Source: Candidatus Eiseniibacteriota bacterium (GTDB taxonomy: Bacteria; JAFGKV01). From it: 54,052 nucleotides of DNA. The notes under the pieces are model-generated. The model was not told the DNA's origin. It did not search any database and was given only the letters and a program-made list of their open reading frames with translations. The stretch covers positions 1-54,052 of the forward strand of contig JALOPK010000003.1 in NCBI GenBank assembly GCA_025453925.1. The letters run 5' to 3'. Positions 47,989-54,052 of the stretch are shown here, one piece after another. Each line of letters begins with the position of its first letter. The first letter of the stretch is position 1. The position numbers and the translations under genes were made by a program.

Positions 47989-48711
47989 TCAGGTATGGAC
48001 TTCGAGGTCGTACCGGCAACTCTCCCAAGTGCGGTCCGTGTGTACCAGCTTGAGCCGGGATTTGGTCACCTTTCCCAGATACCCCAGCAGGTAGGTGCCG
48101 AACAGGGTGCACAGATCCCCTCCCAGGTCAAGGTGCTCCCTCCTGCAGAGATCGCGAACGAAGCATCCTTTGACGGAGACCTTCAGCGACCCGTTCTGTC
48201 GGGCCGTATCGCCAATGATCCAGGCGGGATTCAACCCGTCACGTACGACCTGTATCGCCTGGTCGAACGTCTCGGGAAGCTGGTAGCGGGGCAACTGAGC
48301 CGCCAACGTCGTGCCCGCCATCCGCCCGACGGCGGGGAGTGCCGCGCCAAGCGTCTGACGGAGCACCGAGGCCATGGAGAGCAGACGGATGCCCAGATCC
48401 TCAAGCGCCTTCTCCCGTTCCGCGGCCTCTGCGGAGACACCCAACTCCGGCGGGGTGCTGAGCCCCAACCGCGACGCGAGCCTCACTGCGTAATCATCAT
48501 GATAGAAGTTCCGGCTAATCAGTATCCCTTGGTGATCGATCGCATCTGCGGGGCAGATCTTTGAGCAGCTCAGGCAGCCGAAGCACATCTCAGGCCTCGT
48601 GACCACGGGGAGCCGTTTGGCTTCGTCGAACTCGAACACGTCGGTCGGACACTCGTCGACGCAGAGCGTGCACCCGACGCAGGCCTTGTCATCAACCTTG
48701 ATTGTGACCAT
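47989..48711 (-). CDS. 2x[4Fe-4S] ferredoxin domain fused to a V4R-like domain
   Basis: CVGCTLCVDECP and CFGCLSCSKICP. C-terminal ...GDLCTLFGTYLLGYLGKV...ESCRYDLEV resembles the V4R (4-vinyl reductase) Cys pattern. GGGAGGAG precedes the ATG, 4 nt after the large-subunit stop. Confidence 0.75.
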   Translation of the reverse strand: MVTIKVDDKACVGCTLCVDECPTDVFEFDEAKRLPVVTRPEMCFGCLSCSKICPADAIDHQGILISRNFYHDDYAVRLASRLGLSTPPELGVSAEAAEREKALEDLGIRLLSMASVLRQTLGAALPAVGRMAGTTLAAQLPRYQLPETFDQAIQVVRDGLNPAWIIGDTARQNGSLKVSVKGCFVRDLCRREHLDLGGDLCTLFGTYLLGYLGKVTKSRLKLVHTDRTWESCRYDLEVHT

Positions 48712-48715
48712 GATC

Positions 48716-50110
48716 CTATCTCCTCCCGATGGTCCTCAGCGTAACCCCATTCCTTCGAAGGGCGATCTCCAGCGGCATTCTGCCGGCGGCGTGGGTCGCG
48801 CATGAGAGGCAGGGGTCAAAGCACCGCAGGGCGAACTCCATGGCATTGGTCAGAGTTGCTTCGCCCTGGGGCATGTAGTGCCGGGCCAACGACGTGATGG
48901 AGGCATCGATGGCGCGGTAGTTGTTCTGCGTCGCAACGATGAGGTTGGCACTCAGCACTCGGCCTGAGCTGTCGGCCGTGTAATCATGCACCAGCAAGCC
49001 GCGTGGGGCCTCGATGGCGGCAACGAACCTGCCTTCTTTAGGCGTAGCCGCCACTCGCGTCGGCGAATCGGGGAGCGGCGCCGAGGAGATTTCCGCCATG
49101 CGTTCCGCGCAGTAGAGCAGTTCAACCAGTCGGGCTTCGATGTACGTAACCGGAGAGAGTGCGACGCCATGTCGCTGCCGGTATTCCTGGAGCAGCGCAT
49201 TCGCACGGGGCGTGCTCATCGTCTTCGCGATGTTGAGGCGGGCGAGCGGCCCGACGAGATACTCCTTCTCCGGCGCTCCGCGGAGCGTCACCGATTTCAT
49301 GTACGAACCAGGCATCACATGCTCGACCAGGTGGGTAGCGTAGTCCGCCGGTGCGAACCTGCGCTCCACGCTGCCGCCCTGGTCGATGACCGCCACATCG
49401 CCCGCAAGGAAGGAGAACGCCCCGCGGTCGGTGATCGCCAGGCTGTGGAACGGCAACCGGGATGACTGGCTCGCGTCGCGAAAGTCCTCGAGCTTCGACA
49501 TCACCACAGCGGCCAACTCCGTCACGAGGCTCATGGACTCCCTGCCCCACTCGGCGATCTGCCCCATCTGCTCGGCGCTGGGCCTTGCTGACATGCCTCC
49601 CGGCACGGCCGCCACCGGATGAACGCCCCGGCCCCCGACGATCTCCACGACCTTCTGCCCTATGCTCCGAAGTCGGAGGGCCTTCTTGGCCACATCGGGG
49701 TGGGCCTTGAGGATACCGAAGATGTTGCGTTCGGCGGGATCTGAACCGATGCCCAGCGTCACGTCGGGGCCAAGCAGCACAAACGTGCTCAACGCGTGGG
49801 AGTGGAGAACATGACCCATATAGAGAAGCTCGCGCAGCATCGTCGCCGTGGAGGGCACCGTGAGGCCGAGCCCGTTCTCGATGGCCATGACGGACACGAT
49901 ATGGTGCGCCGCCGGACACACGCCGCAGATGCGGGCGGTGACCTGCGGCATACGAAAGAGCTCCATCTTCTCCAGAAGCTTCTCGAAGCCTCGGATTTCC
50001 AGCACCTGGAGGTGGCCGCGTTCAACCTGGCCCTTGTCGTCGATGTCGATGAAAATCCTGGCGTGGCCTTCGATTCGGGTGACGGGATCGACGGTGATGG
50101 TGGTGGACAT
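48716..50110 (-). CDS. [NiFe] hydrogenase large subunit, group-3-like (cytosolic)
   Basis: VDPVTRIEGH, RGFEKLL, RICGVCPAAHH (N-terminal Ni ligands) and C-terminal DPCLSCATH followed by a 24-aa extension. GGAGG precedes ATG 50110. Confidence 0.92.
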   Translation of the reverse strand: MSTTITVDPVTRIEGHARIFIDIDDKGQVERGHLQVLEIRGFEKLLEKMELFRMPQVTARICGVCPAAHHIVSVMAIENGLGLTVPSTATMLRELLYMGHVLHSHALSTFVLLGPDVTLGIGSDPAERNIFGILKAHPDVAKKALRLRSIGQKVVEIVGGRGVHPVAAVPGGMSARPSAEQMGQIAEWGRESMSLVTELAAVVMSKLEDFRDASQSSRLPFHSLAITDRGAFSFLAGDVAVIDQGGSVERRFAPADYATHLVEHVMPGSYMKSVTLRGAPEKEYLVGPLARLNIAKTMSTPRANALLQEYRQRHGVALSPVTYIEARLVELLYCAERMAEISSAPLPDSPTRVAATPKEGRFVAAIEAPRGLLVHDYTADSSGRVLSANLIVATQNNYRAIDASITSLARHYMPQGEATLTNAMEFALRCFDPCLSCATHAAGRMPLEIALRRNGVTLRTIGRR

Positions 50111-50121
50111 TCTCGGCCTCC

Positions 50122-51051
50122 TCAGGAAGTGGCGGCCTGCGAAGGCCCGGCCCATTCCCGGATCTCAACCGTGGGCTTCTTGTAGATGGTGGGGGACGCC
50201 ATGGCGTAGGCGAAGAAAGTATTCGCGTTCATTTCCAAATAGGAAACGGTATCCTTCCTGGGGATGCCGCAGAGCTTCTCCATCCGCTCGGCCAGTTCGG
50301 TACGGGTGTCGCGGTTCGGGTCGGTCAATACGTCCAGCGATGGTCCGGCGCACCCGGTGCAGGCCACCCCGATCTTCGGGCACGGCGCCAGACACCGGTT
50401 GAGCGAAACGGAGCCGAGGCAGATGATGCCCTGGGAAAGAAAACACAGATCAGGATCATCGCCGACGACGGCGGCTGGCACGAGTTGTACTCCGGCGCGT
50501 TTCTGCATTTTTCGGTTGCAGTCCGCGCACACCGAGCGGTGGGTGAGGCCGGGCTTGGAGCTGTCCAGCAGATTGTGGAGCCCTGCGGCCACAAAGAACG
50601 GGTGCGGAGGACAACCCGGGAGGTAGAGGTCGACCGGCACGTACTCATCGATGGGTCTCACGCTCTCCTCCAGGCTCGGCACCCCGCTGTCGGGTCGCTC
50701 TCCTCCCGCGTTGGTCGGCCCCCTCTCATACACGGCGTCGAAGACGTCGTCTTTGCGGTAGAGCCACCCGACTCCCGACGGACCCCCGTATACCGCGCAT
50801 GTACCATAGGCGACGAGCACGTCGACACTCCCACGTATCTTGTGGAGCGCCTCCAGGTCATGCTCGCTTCGAACGGCGCCCTCCACGATCCCCACATTCG
50901 CCTTCGGGTACGTCTTCTGGTCGACGAGAACTGGCGACCTGACGATCTCCATGTCATCAAGCAGGCCGAAGAGCTTCTCGTGAAGATCGACAAGCGCCAC
51001 ATGACAGCCGGAGCAGCCCGACAACCACTCGGTCGACACGGTGGCCTTCAT
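50122..51051 (-). CDS. [NiFe] hydrogenase small subunit, group-3-like, no Tat signal
   Basis: MKATVSTEWLSGCSGCHVA, GTCA, LPGCPP, and distal/medial cluster Cys (CADC...CLGSVSLNRCLAPCP...CTGC). Start overlaps the stop of the upstream V4R gene (ATGA). Confidence 0.9.
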   Translation of the reverse strand: MKATVSTEWLSGCSGCHVALVDLHEKLFGLLDDMEIVRSPVLVDQKTYPKANVGIVEGAVRSEHDLEALHKIRGSVDVLVAYGTCAVYGGPSGVGWLYRKDDVFDAVYERGPTNAGGERPDSGVPSLEESVRPIDEYVPVDLYLPGCPPHPFFVAAGLHNLLDSSKPGLTHRSVCADCNRKMQKRAGVQLVPAAVVGDDPDLCFLSQGIICLGSVSLNRCLAPCPKIGVACTGCAGPSLDVLTDPNRDTRTELAERMEKLCGIPRKDTVSYLEMNANTFFAYAMASPTIYKKPTVEIREWAGPSQAATS

Positions 51052-51533
51052 TTCGCTTCCTCCCAGATGAGTTCCTTCAGGCAGGCGTTGGGGCCGGCAT
51101 GAAGGATCTCGAGGTGCACCGTAGCGTTGGGCATGACCCGCTCCATGGCCCCCGCAAACACGCCGTGCGCCATGTAGCAGAGTGACTGCTTCTGCTCGTG
51201 GGCATAGCAAAACAGGGCATTGCGTACCATGCAGGTGTGGAAGGCAAGGCGAATCTTCTTCTTCCCATCCTCTTCGATTATCACGCCGCGATCCCCCTCG
51301 AAGGGGGCGAAATCCCAGAAGATACCGCGGGCAGTCAGGGCATTCCGAAGGATGTCGACGGCCTTGAATGGATCACTGGTTTGCTCGGCGGCCTGGACTG
51401 CCTCCTTCCCGAACTTCTTGCCAGCCAGCACGGAGAGGGAGAGGCTACTCCTACCGAGGTTGTTCTCACACGCGTGCGCCAGGGCGCCGAGGAAATAGGA
51501 GACCTGGTGGATCGCGGCATGGTCATCGGTCAT
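51048..51533 (-). CDS. V4R domain (COG1719-like predicted small-molecule/hydrocarbon-binding) protein
   Basis: LCYMAHGVFAGAMERVM...VHLEILHAGPNACLKELIW matches the V4R C-terminal pattern C..xG..xG....E....G...C. GGAAGGAG precedes ATG 51533. It is the first gene of the hydrogenase operon. Confidence 0.65.
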   Translation of the reverse strand: MTDDHAAIHQVSYFLGALAHACENNLGRSSLSLSVLAGKKFGKEAVQAAEQTSDPFKAVDILRNALTARGIFWDFAPFEGDRGVIIEEDGKKKIRLAFHTCMVRNALFCYAHEQKQSLCYMAHGVFAGAMERVMPNATVHLEILHAGPNACLKELIWEEAK

Positions 51534-52116
51534 GGTATTGCTCCTTCCATGAGCCCTGTAATAAAACAGCATATGTCTTCGGGAATGCAGTACGCATTCG
51601 GTCCAGCGCACGAACGCCGTCGCCTTTGGAGTTCGGCTCCGCGACGGCCCGACCGGCCTGCCGTGCCACGCATCCTCGACGTTGGAGCCGAGGGGGCTTC
51701 GCGTTTATGGGGCCAGCGTGTTTGACGAAGTCTGCAACCGCCGTGCCGCACGATTCCCGCAGTTGGTGACCACCCATTTGATGCGATCCCGCTGAGGGTG
51801 AGATTCCCGGCACGGGCCATGCTCATTCCACCAACCTGCATCGCGGTGACGCAGTGTGGGCCAGCCTTGCGCGGCCCGGTCAAGGTCCATTGGTTGCACA
51901 TAGGTGTCCCCCGACATCGAGGGCGCCCCGCAACGCGTGCGTGGTCGCCGCGCGCGGCTTCTTTCGGTCAGGCAACAAGCTCCGGCCATGAGGAGGCGAG
52001 CGCGTGACAGTTATGAACGCCTGTGCAGGGATGGGTCACGAAGTGATCGTGCCCATCGCCTCGCGGCGAACGTTCGTGAGAAGGCGCCAGCCTTCTCCGA
52101 GAGAGGAGTACGTGAC

Positions 52117-52467
52117 ATGGCAATAAGGGATACGCTCGAGATGCTGGCGAAGACCCCCGGAATCACTTCCGCGATTCTGGTGAGTCGTGATGGGTTCGTG
52201 ATTGAGGCCATCGCGTCATCGAACGTGGACGTTGAGGCAGTGGGCGCCATCATATCCACCGGCCTCGGCACAGCGGAAATGATGGGGAGCGGCCTCGAGC
52301 AGGGCGCCTTCAATCAGGCAATGATGGAGTTCGACCAGGGCGTCGCATTCCTGAAGGGCGTGAGTGACCAGGCCATGCTCGCGGCGACCGCCACGACAGG
52401 CGGGAATCTTGGCGCGATTCGGATCGCGGTGCGCAAGGCGGCGGAACAGTTGGCGCCGGAGGTATAG
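52117..52467 (+). CDS. Roadblock/LC7 (MglB-like) domain protein
   Basis: LEMLAKTPGITSAILVSRDGFVIEA...AIISTGLGTAEMM...FDQGVAFLKGVSDQAMLAA is a classic Roadblock/LC7 pattern. GAGAGGAG precedes the ATG. Confidence 0.8.
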   Translation: MAIRDTLEMLAKTPGITSAILVSRDGFVIEAIASSNVDVEAVGAIISTGLGTAEMMGSGLEQGAFNQAMMEFDQGVAFLKGVSDQAMLAATATTGGNLGAIRIAVRKAAEQLAPEV

Positions 52468-52715
52468 ACTCGCGTTCGCCGCCCTTCCCCCGTGGATGGC
52501 CGTCCGGAAGGGAGTGACTGACGCGTGGTGTGCCGTGCCATGACCGCAACCGTGCAGGCTGACGAACCTGTTCAGGAGCGCCCAAAGGCGCAGCAGCTGT
52601 CGATGCGACTCGTCGATGGCTGCGATTCGCATCGGGGCATGATTCGGGTGCTCGTCGTCGGCTCGGAGCAAACCTTCCAGCTGGGCTCCGAACCTCGCCG
52701 CTCTGCGCGTCAACC

Positions 52716-53408
52716 TTGCTGTTGATCGTGGGTGAAGGCGAGGAGTTCCGCACTCACCAATGTGTGCCGAAGTGCCGTGCTCATCTGTTTTCGTATGATG
52801 ACGAGGAGCGACTTCGGTCCTTCGTAGAGTGCAGGCTCATCGCTCACAACGCGATTCGCTCCCTCTTTGCACTCGGCGGTTCATTGCCGTCAGGAGGGAT
52901 CCGATCGATTCTGCCCATCTTGGAATCCGAACGGCGCAGTGGCAGACTGGTCGTCCAGCCCCGGGATGAATCCCGCGACCAGATCACACTCTGGGTTCGG
53001 GACGGAGAGCCCCTTGCGGCCTATTCCGAGGGGATGAGACTGGATGAGCCGCTGAAGCTGATCGGCGACGTGTTTGACGGGTGGTTCGGTTTCATCGAAA
53101 CCGCGGTCGACCGGGACATGCTGATGCGTTTGGACGCCTGGTCCGATCAGGTGTCAGGAAAGAACGTGGGCGTGCAGACGGACCGCGAAGCCGGGGGGCT
53201 TCGGCAGCGGCTGCGGGTGGCCCTGATGACCGCCCGGACGATCGGCGAGATGCGGGAAGCGGTCGAGTCACTCCTGGACGCGGGGATTGACAGGGCTGCC
53301 GAGGACGGAGACACCTCACAGATGGACAGACTCGCCGACGTGTCCATTCTCCTTCAGAAGAATCAGATCGAAGAGGCGTTCAAGCTCCTCACGGTCATGC
53401 TCCGGTAA
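52716..53408 (+). CDS. DUF4388 (PATAN)-like protein
   Basis: GGIRSILPILESERRSGRLVVQP....ITLWVRDGEPLAAYS resembles the DUF4388 core. Only a TTG start is available, so the N-terminus is uncertain. Confidence 0.45.
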   Translation: MLLIVGEGEEFRTHQCVPKCRAHLFSYDDEERLRSFVECRLIAHNAIRSLFALGGSLPSGGIRSILPILESERRSGRLVVQPRDESRDQITLWVRDGEPLAAYSEGMRLDEPLKLIGDVFDGWFGFIETAVDRDMLMRLDAWSDQVSGKNVGVQTDREAGGLRQRLRVALMTARTIGEMREAVESLLDAGIDRAAEDGDTSQMDRLADVSILLQKNQIEEAFKLLTVMLR

Positions 53409-53427
53409 GGCGACTCAGGAGGCCCCG

Positions 53428-53916
53428 ATGTGCCCGCTCAGCAAAGTCCTTATGTTGTCCGACGAGCGCGAGAAGATCGAAACGGTCCTGGATGTGCTCA
53501 TCGAAAGGAGCGGAGGACTGTGTGCCATACTCATCACCAAGGATGGCCACACCATCTCTGCCCGTGGAAACGTGTCATTCCTCAACATCACCGCCCTGGC
53601 GACGCTGGTTGCGGGATCGTTCGCCGCCACTCGGCAAGTCGCCGCCCTCTTGGGCGAAAAGGAGTTCTCAATTCTCTTCCAGCAGGGTGCGACCCGCCAC
53701 GTTCACATCTCACTGGTGGCCGGCACGGCCATGCTCATCGTGGTGTTCGAGGATTCCACCCGCATCGGGCTCGTACGCCTGCAGGCGAAACGGGCCGGAG
53801 ATGAACTCGCCACCCTGATGAGCGCATCCCGCGAACGTACGGAACGGGAGGAACTGATCGTGGCCCAGTTCAAGGAGTTCGCTGCGAGCCTCATTGACAG
53901 GATTTTCAGCGAGTAG
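53428..53916 (+). CDS. mglB: MglB (Roadblock/LC7-type GAP of MglA)
   Basis: LDVLIERSGGLCAILITKDGHTISARG...LATLVAGSFAATRQVA...ILFQQGATRHVHISLV..AMLIVVF. It lies immediately upstream of mglA and overlaps it. AGGAGG lies 5 nt before the ATG. Confidence 0.8.
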   Translation: MCPLSKVLMLSDEREKIETVLDVLIERSGGLCAILITKDGHTISARGNVSFLNITALATLVAGSFAATRQVAALLGEKEFSILFQQGATRHVHISLVAGTAMLIVVFEDSTRIGLVRLQAKRAGDELATLMSASRERTEREELIVAQFKEFAASLIDRIFSE

Positions 53917-54052
53917 TGTCGACTATCAATTTTGCCACTCGCGAAATCAACTTCAAGATTGTGTATTATGGGCCGGGGTTGAGCGGCAAGACTACGAACC
54001 TGATCTACATGTACCGCAGGCTTACGGATGATAAGAAGGGCCAGCTCATCAC
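53916..54052 (+). CDS. mglA: Ras-like GTPase MglA (5' part, truncated by the window end)
   Basis: The hand-translated sequence starts at a GTG start codon and reads [42 protein letters not shown]. It is nearly identical in pattern to M. xanthus MglA ([28 protein letters not shown]). GTG overlaps the mglB stop (TAGTG). Confidence 0.9.
   Translation, partial: [45 protein letters not shown]

Noticed and set aside
48716-51051. Classifying the hydrogenase as a group 2b HupUV-type regulatory enzyme
   Set aside because: The large subunit keeps a C-terminal extension after DPCLSCATH, and a dedicated endopeptidase is encoded. HupV-type sensors lack both. The small subunit resembles MvhG-type group 3 proteins. 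Any sensory role is therefore inferred from context, not from subgroup.
52525-52725. 66-aa ORF whose tail (MIRVLVVGSEQTFQL) looks like a receiver-domain start, in a different frame from the DUF4388-like ORF (LLIVGEGEEF), raising the idea of a frameshifted gene
   Set aside because: The resemblance is only ~12 residues in each frame. The first part of the 66-aa ORF is not protein-like. I cannot show a frameshift without alignment to homologues. It is noted only as the reason the 52716 start is uncertain.

Overview
GC-rich bacterial chromosomal segment, densely coding, about 55 supportable genes. All calls come from reading the ORF translations and DNA by eye against remembered family motifs. 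No searches were run. No rRNA, tRNA, CRISPR array, transposase or integrase was seen.

Housekeeping blocks:
- A complete F-type ATP synthase operon on the minus strand, in the order atpZ-like, atpI-like, atpB, E, F, H, A, G, D, C.
- prs, an archaeal/eukaryal-type pheS-pheT pair, speA and psuG.
- mntP, an RRM RNA-binding protein and a PNPOx-family protein.

Envelope and secretome genes:
- A 1381-aa C25 (gingipain-like) peptidase with a FlgD/T9SS-type C-terminal domain, followed by DUF4159, DUF4175-like, TPR and DUF1848 genes.
- A second secreted protein carrying the same C-terminal domain.
- An ECF sigma / anti-sigma / HtrA-like protease trio.
- The C-terminal sorting domains loosely suggest an FCB-related uncultured lineage. 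This is speculative.

Most unusual content:
1. A solitary Cmr1-family RAMP protein (15175-16293). No other cas gene or CRISPR array is in the window, and it sits behind a ~790-nt stretch with no credible ORF.
2. A tightly packed six-gene minus-strand operon (46078-51533). It encodes a V4R protein, a cytosolic group-3-like [NiFe] hydrogenase small and large subunit, a 2x[4Fe-4S] ferredoxin-V4R fusion, a maturation endopeptidase and a translationally coupled GAF-PP2C phosphatase. This looks like a hydrogenase wired to a signalling output.
3. Next to that operon and divergent from it, a Roadblock / DUF4388-like / MglB / MglA polarity GTPase cluster.

Smaller oddities:
- A Cys-rich 41-aa micro-ORF in front of a stand-alone SagB-type dehydrogenase.
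- A two-gene small-peptide unit with its own terminator.
- A 40-nt AT-rich palindrome.
- Two insertions in AtpA and a truncated epsilon subunit.
- A zinc-ribbon insertion in PheT.
- A hydrogenase protease whose conserved N-terminus has no canonical start codon.
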